This document shows positions 25,420 to 38,369 of a stretch of 64,000 bases of DNA, one piece after another (the stretch's first letter is position 1; each line of letters begins with the position of its first letter). Made by a program: the position numbers and the translations under genes. Source of the stretch: Chiloscyllium plagiosum (taxonomy: Eukaryota). The notes below the pieces were generated by a model. That model saw only the letters and a program-made list of their open reading frames with translations, searched no databases and had not been told where the DNA came from. The stretch covers positions 52,568,608-52,632,607 of the forward strand of contig NC_057719.1 in NCBI RefSeq assembly GCF_004010195.1, read 5' to 3'.

Positions 25420-26400
25420 TATTCAGCCTCTCCCTCTAGTTCAAATCCTCCAACCCTGGCAACATCCTTCTAAATCTTTTCTGAACTCTTTCAAGTTTCA
25501 CAACATCCTTCCGATGGGAGGGAGACCAGAATTGCACATAATATTCCAAAAGTAGTCTAACCTGTGTGTTGTACAGTCGTAACATGACCTCCCAACTCCA
25601 TGTATTCAATGTATTGTCCAATAAAGGAAAGTGTACCAAACACCTTCTTCATTATCCTATCTGTGCACTAGCTGCCTACTCCTCCATTTCCTGGAGTTGA
25701 CCCATCTGCCTGACTGTATTTGTAGCTTTTCTCCCCTCCTTTAACTGCCATCCATCACATCCCTTAGCTCCTATAAATTCCTTATTGTCTCAAACTGCTC
25801 CAACTGATCCATGTGATCTAATACAGTTCGCAACCAATGACACTTCCTACAGACATAATCATCAGCAACTTGGAAACCCTCCCTAAACTCCCTCATCTGA
25901 CAGGAAGAGCACATTACTCTACTAAAGGCCATTTTGCTCCTTCACAATCTACAGACCCAGAAAATATCATTGTCTTATTGCTCTAAAAAAACTGCTCAGG
26001 CTAACTTAATACTTATGGCTCACATTTTTGAAATTAATCAAGAGGCAGATCCCAATAAAACATGATCAAGATGGAACGTACTCTACTCACTACTGTAGAT
26101 TTACAGCAAGGCTACACATAAAAACTGTGCACTCATCTGTTCCTGAACTGTGAGGCTTCCTCCAAGCTCAACTGTGATTTTCACCGTGAGATAATTTTTC
26201 CTTGAAAGCACTCCGAAGTTCAGCGATACTTGAATTCAAACAGCAAATCCACTGTCATGTCAGACAGCAGTGTAGGTTTCTTTCTCTGACAATGTGGTCA
26301 CTGCCTTTGTCTGTTTTTCTCCTTTTTAAAGTGCCATCGATTTGATCTTTTGCCCCCCAGAGTTCCAAAACAATGCAACAGTATATAAAACAGTAATCTA
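25420..26400 (-). mobile_element. Internally deleted CR1: 5'UTR + ORF1 start joined to ORF2 C-terminal fragment
   Basis: ATG at 25932 (minus) gives MAFSRVMCSSCQMREF..DYVCRKCHWL; it joins at ~25662 to an RT C-terminal segment (LLEYYVQFWSP). Confidence 0.8.
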
Positions 26401-26860
26401 CAAAGTGTTAGCAAAATAGCAGGAGAATTGTTTTGGAGTGGTTTCCTTATCAGTCAGGGTAATTCTGTGGGTTCACCAGTATTTTGTAGACTTTAACATG
26501 TGTGGAGGGCACTTCCCCCGACTTCATCCTCAAAGAGGAGACCTTAGTCATGAAGGTACATCCAGTAATCCATCTGCAGAGGTTTCTCCTCTGACCCCAG
26601 TTACTGGCCAGCTTGCCTATCTAATTCATTAATTTTCTATTACACCTCTGGGAATACTTTTACATTCAGGCCTTTCTCAGGGAACATTGTGAGACTAATC
26701 TCACAGTTGCAAGTGTGGGTCTGGAACATTCATTTTGTCCTGATACTGGGGTCCTGAATCCTGGTCGGAAAATTCTGCTCCTTCTAAAATAAAACCAATA
26801 TTAGTAATGGTTCTGAAATAAACTTGTACTCAGTGTGTGAACAGTCTTTCAAATCACACA

Positions 26861-29544
26861 GAAACAAAAACAGAAATTGCTGGAAAAGCTCAGCAGGTTT
26901 GGAGGCTCTGAGAAGAGAAATCAAAGTTAACGTTTCGGGTTGGTGACCCTTCCTCAGAATTGATGGTAGCTAGGAAAATGGTGGTTTTATGCAGAAGATG
27001 GGATGTGGAGAAGGGATAAGGAGTAAACAGTAGGTGGGGATAGACCCCAAAGCGAGAGAAGAACAGTTGGACAGACAATGGTGTCATTAACAATCTGGCT
27101 GGGAGGGTGAATAGCTATTAATGGAGACTGTTAGTGGCTAACAAAAGGTAGTGTATAATGACAGACTATGTGATAACAAGGTCTGGTGTTTGTGGGGTGG
27201 GGGATAGGACATGGGGGAGTTCAGGTCCTCAAATATTGAACTTAATATTGAGTCTGGAGGGCTGCAGGGTCCCCAAGAGGAAAATGAGGTGCTGTCCTTC
27301 GCTGCGCTGATCTTTGTTGAAGCACTGCAGTAAGCCTGAGACAGAGAGGCTGGCCAGGGAACAGGGTGGTGTGTTAAAGTGATAAGTGGAAACACGGGGT
27401 CAGTTCTGCGGGCAGAACGTAGATGTTCAGCAAAGTGGTCACCCAGCCTATGCTTTGTTTCCCCTGTGTAGAGGAATCCATATTGTGAGCAGCGAATACA
27501 ATAGACTCAATTGTGAGAACTGTAAGGTAAAGTTCTGCTTCAACTAGAAGATGTATTTGGGCCCTTGGATACTAAGGAGACAGGTGGTAAATGGGCAGGA
27601 GTTACACTTTCAACGGTTGCAGGAGGCAGTGCTGTGGGGCTCTCGAGAGATGTTGAGAGTGAAGGAAGAGTGGAATAGGGTGTCCCAGAGTGAACGATCA
27701 ATGTGGACGGTGTACAAGAGAGGGGAGATGAATATGTACCTTCTGGTGGCATCTCACTGGAGGTGGTGGAAATGGTGGCTGATAATCTTCTAGAAGGGGA
27801 TGCTGATGAGATGGTAGGTAAGGACAAGGGGAACCTGTTGCTGGGGGGAAGAGAGGGTGTGAGGGCCGAAGTGCGGGAGATGGTTCTGACCCAGCTGAGG
27901 CCCTTGTCGACAATAGTGCTGGGGAATCCTCAGCTGAGAAAGAAGATGTACATTTTGGAATCTCTCTTGTTGAAGTTGGCCTCATCAGAACAAATGTGAA
28001 TGAGAGGGAGGAACTGAGAAAACAGAATGGAGTCTTTACAGGAAACAGGGTGTAAGAATATATAGTTCAGGTAGCTTTGCGTGTCGGTGGGTTTATAGTG
28101 GGTATTAGTGGCTGGTTTATCCCCAGAAATAGAAAGAGAGCTATCGAGGAAGGGAAGGGAGGAGTCAGAGATGGATCAGGTAAAAGTGAGGGCAGGGTGG
28201 AAATTGGAAGTGAAATCAATGTACTTTTCCAATTCTGGATGAGAGAGGGAAGCAGCACTGATGATATCATCGATATATCGGAGAAAGAGTTGTTATTGGG
28301 GTCAGAATAGAACTTGAGCAGGGAATATTCCACCGTCCTCATGAACAGACAGGCATAAATGGGACCCTTGTCCATATCCATGGCCACCCCTCTAACCTGA
28401 AGAAAATGAGAGAAATTAAAAGAGAAGTTTTTGGTGGTGAGGTTGAGCTCAGCCAGGCAGAGCAGTTCAGGCCTTTGCTCCAAGAAGAAGCGGAGAGCCC
28501 TGAGACTATCCTTTGGTCTGTATCCCTCTCAGAGATGAGTTCTACGGGGCAGGAACAGTCTGAAACAATAGGTCTGCCCAGGTGGATTTTTGGAAGGAGG
28601 TAGAAGTGAGGTATGCGGGCATGGAGGCAGTAGGGGGGGCCATCACCAGATGGAATGAGGTTAGCGATTGTAGTTGATACAATGACCTGGTATGCCATTG
28701 TGGGGTCATGGTCCAGGGAGGATAGGAAGAGGTATCTGAGAGTTGATGCTCAGTCGCTGCAATGTAGAGGTCAGTCCACCAGACTACAACAGCCCCAGCC
28801 TTATCTGCAGGCTTAATAACAAAGTCAGGGTTGGATCTAAGCACACAGGGTGCAATCATTTTGGAGGGAGATAGGTTGGATTGGGTGAGGGGGATGCAGA
28901 GAAATTGAAGCAACCGATGTCATGTCAACAGCTCTCAATTAACTGGTTGAGTGCAGGTAAAAGGCCAGAAGGAGGGGTCCAGTTGGAGGGAAAGTGTTGG
29001 AGCTGGGCAAAGGAGATCTGGGACATGGAGAGGACCTTTGTCCAAAGAAATGGGCATGGAGACAAAGATGACGGAAGAATGGTTCAACATCATGTTGTGC
29101 CTGAAAATCTTTCAGGTGGGGACACAGAGGGATAAAGCGGAGACCTTTCACCAAGTACAGAACATTCAGCATTGGAGAGCGGAAGGGTAGGAGAGATGGT
29201 GAATACCTGACAGGACGTGGGGTTGGGGGAGAGGATGGAGTCACAGGGAAGGGGATTGGAGGAAGATTCCAGAAGGCCATGAGTACCTTTGAGTTGTTTC
29301 ACATTATGGGCCTTGATGCCTGAAAGTAAAAGAAGAAATTTCTTGTTAGCATGGTGCATGAGGCAGAGGATGAAGTAGAACTGCGGAGTGGTGTAACCCT
29401 GAACCAGCGTGTTGAGGTGTTGTTGGAGAGAGAGTTTGAGAGTGTGCATGTGACACCACATGGCACTGAGTGTGGATGTCAGGATACGGCGAGAGCAGCT
29501 GTCTGTGAAACACTGAACATCACGGAGAGACCTGTGATCCTGTG
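26861..29544 (-). mobile_element. Near-full-length Penelope-like retroelement (RT + GIY-YIG), pseudogenised
   Basis: IKPADKAGAVVVW, FYLLPKIH.GRPIVS, FLQVRGVAM, LFLRYIDD (28266-28277) and VYCIRCSQYGFLYTGETKHRLGDHFAEH (~27410-27507); apparent TSD AATCACACA at 26852-26860 and 29545-29553. Confidence 0.93.
26924..26962 (-). ncRNA. Minimal hammerhead motif in the PLE 3' terminal repeat
   Basis: Minus strand reads att-CTGAGGA-A-GGGT-cacca-ACCC-GAAAC-GTT-aac. Confidence 0.68.
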
Positions 29545-30214
29545 AATCACACAACTCTACTTTTGCTCAGAAGAATAGGGAAATAAAAATAATTTTCTGG
29601 AGGGCAGAGGTTCAGGGTATTGATTACATTATTTGATTCCATCATTTGTTAATTACATTTGAAGTTAATCATAAACAAAGATACATAGTAATGAGCTACA
29701 CTTCAAATGTATGAATTGCATTAAATATCGTGTGGAATTTTGTGGTCTCTCGTTTTCCCCTTTCTATTAGTTCCTCAGCAACAGTATGTTAAACTATATA
29801 TCAGAGGAGCCAATATAATGGCAAATGCTGATGAAGTTTTTTCTTAACTCAAGTTCAGTCTTTGTTGGGGTGCTTTATAATTTTTTAATCTATCGATATA
29901 TTTTCTAAGAAAACATTCTGAAGCAATCAGAACATCTCAGAAATTATAAAATGTTGCATACTGTTTAAAATCAATGAAATTTAATAGCATTTCAAATTAT
30001 TCCATTTCTTTTCCTATAATGTAGGACGGCAAGTTCATTTTTCATTAATCAATTTAGCGACTATGTTTCTATTGAACATGGAGCCACAGGTAAATAAGAC
30101 TTATTCATTAGTTAAACAATTATTGCCACTTCAAAAATATATTGCTGATCATGATATTTGCTTAATTTCCTCTCCTGCCCTTGTTCTGATGTAAGTCATT
30201 TCACAGATATTGGA

Positions 30215-32150
30215 AGGCCTTCAGTTTGTTTTCTTGACATTTCTTCATGGACAAAGAGTTTATGAAAGTTTGTCGTCATTGGTTGCAGGCCTGTTGTGGC
30301 TAGTCAGACTGTGACTGGCAGCTTTTTCCACAACAACTGCAAATGTAGTAGTGACTGCTCAGGGCAATTAAATCTGTCTTCCTTCCCCTTTTCTCTTTTG
30401 TGCTGTTTACAACAAAATCTTGAAAGTCTCCATAGCATTTATGATGTAGCATCTCCAGGAATCGCGATCTGTTGCCTACGCTTCCTACTGATAATGATTG
30501 ATATGTCCATAAAGGCGGACTTCTTCAGGGAGTCATTGAAATATTTGCATGGGAGCCTCTGTTCCATTTACTGGCAGTCAGCTCTACATAGAACACAATT
30601 TTGGGCAGGTAATAGTTATCCATATGACAATGTGACCCACTCAATGCAGTTAGCTTTGCAGGATCTCGGCCGTGACACTGGTGATGTTGGCTGTTTCCAG
30701 GACCTTAACATTTATAATGCAGTCCATCCAATGGATCTTGAGGATGCTGCTGTGCTGGTGCAAATGGAGTTGCTCTAAAAGGCATACCTGTGGTGGTACA
30801 GCAACAATGACTTGATGGAATAAAGGTAGTAATATGGATAATGGCATAGTACACTTTGAGTTTGGTCTATAGTCAAAGTCTATGATTTTTTCACGCTCAT
30901 TTGTAGAGTTAAACAAATTCGCTGTTTTCTATTGAAAGTCGATGATCCATTTCCTTGTCTGTGCTGGCATTAATCAAGGTGACATGCCTTAAAAAAGGAA
31001 ATTTCTTGATGATATTCAGCTCAGTTCCTTCAATGACAAGTCTTGGTGTATTACATTATTTTTATTGTGCAGACTGATATAGACATCCATTTTCATTTGA
31101 CACATTCCCGAAGAGTTGTGCTCCCTTGGAAATAAAAGGGATGTTATATGTTCCAGGTTTGATCAACCGTGGGCCAAGAAAGTGCATTCATCAGCGAAGA
31201 AAGCTTCTGAAGAGATATTCTTGTGTCTATGCGTGGGCTTGAAGATGCCTGAGAGCGAAAAAAACCTCTGTGTCAAGAACAGATATAAATTCACATCTCA
31301 AGGTCTTCTATTGCCTGCTGTAGTATTATGCTGAGCAAGATGGTGAATAAGGTCAAGGCCAGTTCAAATCTTTTCTTTGTGTCCTAGAGATTTGCAAAGG
31401 ACTTTAGAAGTCACTTTTGTCCTTGACCAGTCCCTATGATCTTTGTGAAAATTGCTTCACCATACTCAAGAGCCTAAGTGGACAGCCACATTTTTCAAGA
31501 ATTTTCTAAAGTCTATATGTGTTTGTATTGTTGTATGCTTTAAGATGGTTAGGGTCTTGTTTTGCTCATAATATTTTTCCTGTATTTGCAAGCAAATACC
31601 ATACAAGTAGTGCCTCTGTCGCTCTGTAACCACACTTGCTTTCTGGGAGATTTTCTCCAGCAAAGGTCAATGCAAGCCTAATCAAAAATATTCCAGTCAG
31701 GATCTTCTCAGAAATAGACAGGATGATAGTAGGTATTCGGACCAGTCTGACTTTTCTCCGTTGATTTTATATGGAGTGGTGATAATGACATCACAAGTAT
31801 CCAGTGGAATCCTATCCTGTTCCCAGCTGGCCATGGAAAGTTGATGCTTGATTAGCACAGGGACATAATGTTTTGGGTGGAATTCCATTGATTTAAATAG
31901 CTTTGTTACTCTTCATCTGGCAGCTACAGTTTCTCCAAGTTTGAACTCTCGTCAATTCTTTTTTGAAAGGCTTTGGTTGGAATCACTTGATGGCAAAATC
32001 ATGCACTATGCTCTCAGCACACAAGTGTGCGTCAAAAATGTTCCAGTCAGTGATCTAGACTGATTCCTTGTCAGTATTCACTTAATGGGAATAGTATGAG
32101 GAACAAGTGGAGACTCTTACATATGGGTTCAAAGATGATAGTGCAAAGAC
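30215..32150 (-). mobile_element. RTE-clade LINE, heavily decayed
   Basis: LEQLHLHQHSSILKIHWMDCIINVKVLETANITSV, typical of the RTE ORF C-terminal region; the upstream RT remnants are very degenerate. Confidence 0.7.
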
Positions 32151-32532
32151 AGGCAGAAATCAGAAAATAGGAAGAATATAAAGAGTAACAAAAAAATGCT
32201 ATCAAAATTCATAACAGAAGAACATTGGAGTTTGATAGAAAGCTAACTCAAAATATAAAAATGGATTGGAAAAACTTTTATAAATATTTTAAAAGATGTA
32301 AGCTCGTCCAGTGTAAGTTGTCCCTGTAAAAAGTGAACCTGGCAAATTAATTACAAAACTTTGAGATGAGGCAACTGAATCAAACAGTTATTTTGCATTG
32401 GTCTTCATTATAGAAAATACAAATAATATCCCAGAAGTAGCTATGAAATCAGGAAATGGAAAGGAGGGAGAAAGTCAGGAAAATTATAATCACCAGTGAA
32501 GTGGTACTGAGCAAATATTTGGAAATAAGTGT

Positions 32533-32835
32533 GTAAGAACGTAAGAACTAAGAGCAGGAATAGCCAATTCGTACCTTCAAACCTGCTTCGCCATTTATTA
32601 TAATCACGGTTGATCTCATCTCAGCTTCAAATTCTCTTTCTGTCTGATCTCTATAGGTGTTCAACACAACATTATTTGAAAATCTATCTATCTCCTGTTT
32701 AAATTTACTAAATGACTCAAATCCATCACAGGCTGGACTAGTGACTTCCACAGATTCACAAACCTTTGAGAGAACTAATTTCTCCTCATTGCTGTTGTAA
32801 ATCTGTTACCCCTTAACCTAAAACTTTAACCTTAC
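32533..32835 (-). mobile_element. CR1 3' end nested in the older CR1
   Basis: taagaacgtaagaactaagagcagga tail in the opposite orientation to the host. Confidence 0.8.
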
Positions 32836-33432
32836 ATGCATACTAATAAGTCCTCAGCTCCTGATGGATCTCATCCTGGAGTCTTAAAGGAAGAGGCTCA
32901 TGTGATAATTGATGCATTGGTTTCAATTTGGCAAAATTCCATAGATTTGAGGAAGGTTCCATTAGGGTGAAATTAGCAAATAACTTCTTTAATTAACATG
33001 ACTTTGTGAAAAAAGAATCATGTTTAATAAATGCATTAGATTTCTTTGAGGAAACAACATCTGTGTGAATGTAGGGGAAATGGTAAATGTACTGTATTTA
33101 GATTTCCATAAAACATTTGATAAAGCATTACATCAAAGCTTCTGGCTCATTAAAGGCTAATTTGCAGCGGATAACACATTGACATGGATAAAATATTAGC
33201 TGGAATAATGAGAAACAGAGAGCAGTCACAAATGGGACGTTTTCTTGTTGGCAATATGTAAAGTCTAAAATACATACACGTCAGTACAGGAATCTCAACT
33301 CTTTCCAACTTGTACAACTGCTTTAAATGAAAGTACCTAAGGTATGGTTGTTAAAACCATTTGTGACACACAGGTAGAAAAGTAAGTTGTGAAGAGGACA
33401 TAAGGAGGCTACAATGAGATATAGATAAGTTA

Positions 33433-33653
33433 GGTAAAAACAATGACTGCAGATGCTGGAAATCAAACAGTTATTTTGCATTGGTCTTCATTATAGAAAA
33501 TACAAATAATATCCCAGAAGTAGCTATGAAATCAGGAAATGGAAAGGAGGGAGGGAGATTCCAGATTAGAGTGGTGCTGGAAAAGCACAGCAGTTAAGGC
33601 AGCATCCGAGGACAGGGAAATTGACGTTTCAGGCAAAAGCCCTTCATCAAGAA
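33433..33653 (-). mobile_element. Penelope-terminus insert with 10-bp TSD, carrying a 93-bp templated insertion
   Basis: AGATAAGTTA at 33423-33432 and 33654-33663; hammerhead-like TTGATGA-AGGGC-tttt-GCCT-GAAACGTC (33623-33650, minus). Confidence 0.85.
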
Positions 33654-36307
33654 AGATAAGTTAACTGAGTAGGCAAAGATCTGACAAATGGAGTATAGCA
33701 TTGGAAAATGTGAAATTGTCTATTTTGGCAGGAATAGTAACAACAGAAGTATACTATCTAAATAGTAGAAATTTGCAGATCTCTGAAATAGAGAAGGACC
33801 TGAGTTTTATCGTTCATCAATTGCAAATGGTTCATATGCAGGAACAGCAAGTAATTAGGAGACGAGGCAAATTAAATTCAACAGTAGGAAGATTCACTTC
33901 AGTCATATGTAAACATTTATGCAACCACAGTTAGAATATTGTGTACAGTATTAGTTTCTTTATTTAAACAAAAATTTCAGTGCATTAAAAGCAGTTCAGA
34001 AAAGATTTACTGGAACAATATTTGGATTGTTTTATGAATAAAACTTAGGATGATTGGGTTTGTATCCACTGAAGCTTCAATTAAGAAATAACTTGATTGA
34101 AATATATAAATTCCTTAGGTGGCTTGACAGCATGAATATAGGATGTATTTCTTAAAGGAAAACCTAGAATTAGGCATCACAATTTAAAATAAGAGGTTAT
34201 TGACTAAAGGCAGAAATGGTCCAAAATGTTTTCTCTCAGAGGACAATGAGTCCTTGGAACTCTCTTCCTCCAAAGCTGTCACAAGCAGAGTCTCTGAATA
34301 GTTTTGGATGGATATTTTGGAAGCAAGGGGCTGAAGGGATATTGAGGACAGACAGAAATGTGGAGTTGAGGACACAACCTGTTCAGCCATGATCTTATTA
34401 AATTGTGGAGCAACCTGAAAAGGCAAACTGGCCTATTCCTGCTTCTAACTCATATGTCTCTCTGTTCATCATGAAAGAAACTACAAAGAGCGGTGGTGTA
34501 TTAGAGAAGAATGCATGAAATATGTAGCAACATTTTATACCAAGAGCCTAGCCATCTAGGTTAAATAACAATTTAAAACTTCCAGCATCAGCTGAATTTT
34601 GCTTTACAACTGTATAACAATGATAAATGTTTAAAATCACAGTACAGTTTATCAGGTTTTGCTTGCAGTTTGTCCGCAGTGTATCACTGCTTATCTCCAG
34701 TTCTGCACATACAGGATATGTTTTGTTATTCTAACTGGATGCAACTTGTCCTTTAGAGGAATGGGTGCAGTATTATTCATGGATTTACTTTTTACTGCTT
34801 AATATTTGGAATGCCTCAGACTTATCATTATTTTGGTCATTGTCTTATTTCCTTCCTTAGATTAATAAACCCCTCATGTTTTCCTCTATTATTATACCTT
34901 ACGCTTTTCATTTAGAGTGCTGAAAAATATTCTAATATTAAATAGTTAGCATTTATTGAAATCAAATTCTCATTATTTAAATTTTCTCATTGATACTACC
35001 TACTACATAAATATTTAATAACAGCTGAGCATTTTTCAATTAGATGCCCACAAACTATCTTTTCTTTCCATCTTTGAGTGAATTATATAAGTCCCTTTTC
35101 AAACTGCATCAGTTTTAGTGACCAGCCAAGGGAGAATTCTGTCACATGGATCCATTCCAATATGTCAATTGGACAGGTATATGTCAGAAACTATTATGTT
35201 TAGAATTGAATTATCATGATAAAAATCAAACTTTACTGAAGTATTCAAACTCAGAATCTGAATCAAACTAAAGAGGTACTCTTTTCTGACCTCAACTCTT
35301 GTGATTCATATCTAGCCATTCAATATCATCCAATAATTATTTGTAAGGTTAATAAAATTGGCACGTCAATGTTAAGCTGTCACCTGTCTCTCATGAGCTG
35401 CTTCAAGTAGTTGTTTTAGTTGTTGTGTTGGTGATTCCAATGACTTCTTTCTTTGTCTCAATATTTACCTTCTAGTATTTCCAGAATTCTAAGTCTGACC
35501 CCCAATATGAATATATTACACGAGATTAAATGAAAGGGCATATAAGGTCTTGTCCATAGATAGTGAGTTTGAAGCACTGATCAAAAGTTTGAAAAGTGCT
35601 GAAAATCTCATAATGAGAAGCTAATGTTAATGAAAAGGTTGTTTTACCTACATTTATCTTCCCTTGCTCCAGGATTCGTAGCAGGCTATTTTGACCTGAA
35701 ATGCATTCACTTGTTAACTTACTTTGTTCACTTAAAAGATAACTCCTCAAAGTTACGCTTTTGGTCATTTCTCCTAACTCTCCTCATATCTTTCTTCCAA
35801 GTTTGTATTTCTCTCTCTTCACAGTTTATATTTCTCTTTCTTTCTTGCTAGTTTGTGTTTTTCTCTCTCCCTCACGCCTGTTTCTTTCTTTTTTTCCTCT
35901 CCAACTTTATGCTTCTCTCTCTATCATGCTCGCAGTTTGAATGTTTTTTTAAGACTCACAATTCTATCTATCAAAGAGAAGAGAAGAAAATATGTCATGA
36001 ATAAGTGTGTGGAAATCTAACCCCTTATCAGCATGCACAAGGACTGGTCTGACAGATTCTTCCCCCAGCTAGTACCTTGTCTGTGCATCCAATCTTGTAA
36101 CTTTCCCCCTAGAGACCAGTAACCTTTAAAAAGAAATTCAAATTTTCAGCTAACAGCTGAGAGAAAGTCATATTAACATTTTGTTGTGGTTCAACATGAT
36201 AAACAACCAGGAAACTCGTGGTAGCTTATATTTGTTTATCTGAGTGAATGCAAAGAGAGTCAAGCTTAACAGGCAAGAGTTCAGAGTCATTATGTTCCTG
36301 TTATACC

Positions 36308-38190
36308 AAAGAACAAAGAACAAAGAAAATTTACAGCCCAGGAACAGGCCCTTCGGCCCTCCAAGCCTGAGCCGATCCAAATGCACTGTCTAAACCTGTC
36401 GGTCAATTCCTAAGCATTTGTATCCCTCTGCTCCCCACCTACTCATGCATCTGTCCAGATGCATCTTAAATGAATCTACTGTGCCTGCCTCTACCACCTC
36501 TGCTGGCAAAACATTCCAAATGCCCACCATCCTCTGTGTGAAGTACTTGCCGAATGTATCCCCCTTAAACTTTCCACCTCTCACCTTGAAAGCATGACCT
36601 CTTGTTATTGAATCCTTCACCCTGGGAAAAAGCTTGTCTCTATCCACTCTCTCTATACCCTTCATGATTTTGTAAACCTCAATCAGGTCCCCCCTCAATC
36701 TCCTTTTTTCTAGTGAAAATAAACCTAACCTACACAACCTCTCTTCACAGCTAGCACCTTCCATACCAGGCAACATCCTCGTAAACCTTCTCTGCACCCT
36801 CTCAAAGCATCCACATCCTTTTGGTAATGTGGCGACCAGAACTGTACACAGTATTCCAAATGTGGCTGAACCAATGTCTTGTACAATTTTAACAAGATTT
36901 GCCAGCTCTTATACTCAATACCCCATCCAATGAAAGCAAGCATACTATATGCCTTCTTGACCACTCTATCCACCTGTGCAGCAACCTTCAGGGTACAATG
37001 GACCTGCACTCCCAGATATCTCTCTGCCATCAACTTTTCCTAACGCTCTTTCATTCATTGTATAATTCACTCTAGAATTAGACTTGCCTAAATGCATCAC
37101 CTCATATTTGTCTGGATTGAAAGTCATCTGCCACTTTTCCAACCAACTCTCCAGTATATCTATATTCTTCTGTATTCTCTGACAGTCCCTTATGCTTTCT
37201 GCTACTCCACCAATCTTCGTGTCATCTGCAAACTTGCTGATCATACCAACAGTGCCCTCTTCTACATCATTTATGTATACTACAAACAACAGTGGTCCCA
37301 ATACTGATCTCTGTGGAACACCACTGGTCACCTTTCTCCATTTTGAGAAACTCCCTTCAACTACTCTCTGTCTCCTGTTGCTCAACCAGTTCTTTATCCA
37401 CCTAGCTAGAACACCCTGCACATTATGTGACTTCACTTGCTCCATTAGTCTACAATGGGGAACCTTATCAAATACCTTACTAAAGTCCATGTATATGACA
37501 TCAACAGCCCTTCCTTCATCTCATAACTTGGTCACTTCCTCAAAGAACTCTATTAAGTTGGTAAGGCACAATCTTCCCCGCACAAAACCATGTTGCCTAT
37601 CACTGATAAGCTCATTCTTTTCTAAATATAAATAGATCCTATCTCTCAGTACCCTCTCCAGCAACTTCCCCACCACCGATGTCAGGCTCATTGGTCAGTA
37701 ATTACCCGGAATATCCTTACTACCCTTCTTGTACAGGGGGACAACATGAACAACCTTCCAGTCCTCCAGCATCTCACCTGTATTTAAGGATGCCACAAAG
37801 ATATCTGTCAGGGCCCCAGCAATTTCCTCTCTCACCTCCCTTAGCAACCTGGGATAGATCTCATCCGGTCCTGGGGATTTGTCCACCTTAATAACCTCTC
37901 ACATACCCAACACATCTTCCCTACTAATGCCAACATGATCCAGACTAATCAAACTTCTATCTCTAATCTCAAGATTCATCATGCTCCTCTCCTTAGTGAA
38001 TACTGATGCAAAGTAATCATTCAAAATCTCACCCATTCTCTCAGGTTCGGCACACAGCCTTCCTTCATTATCTTTTAGTGAACCAATCCTTTATCTAGTT
38101 TCGTTCTTGCTTCTTATATAAGAATAAAATGCTTTGGGATTTTCCTTAATTCTGCTTGCTAAAGCTATTTCATGATCCCTATTAGCCCCT
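36308..38190 (-). mobile_element. CR1 LINE ORF2, relatively well preserved
   Basis: DKSPGPDEIYPRLLRE, SGVPQRSVLGP..FADDTK and RGDLIEVYKIMKG; (aagaaca)n tail. Confidence 0.95.
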
Positions 38191-38369
38191 GGGTTCCTTG
38201 TTTAAGACTGAAAGATAAGGCTGAAATGGTTTGAGAACAATGAAGGCATAAGGATACTGAGGTCCTAGTCAAGAATGAAAAGGAATCATGCATTAGGTAT
38301 AAACAATTGGGATCAAATTAATCTGTTGAACAACATAAAGGGTGCAGGGGCATTCTTAAGATGGAGATC

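Larger units (their letters stand above)
32160..34460 (+). mobile_element. Old CR1 LINE hosting two nested inserts
   Basis: Degenerate SYFALVF, KSSAPDGSHPGVLKE and YLDFHKTFDK motifs plus a 3' tail; interrupted at ~32533-32835 and 33433-33653. Confidence 0.8.
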
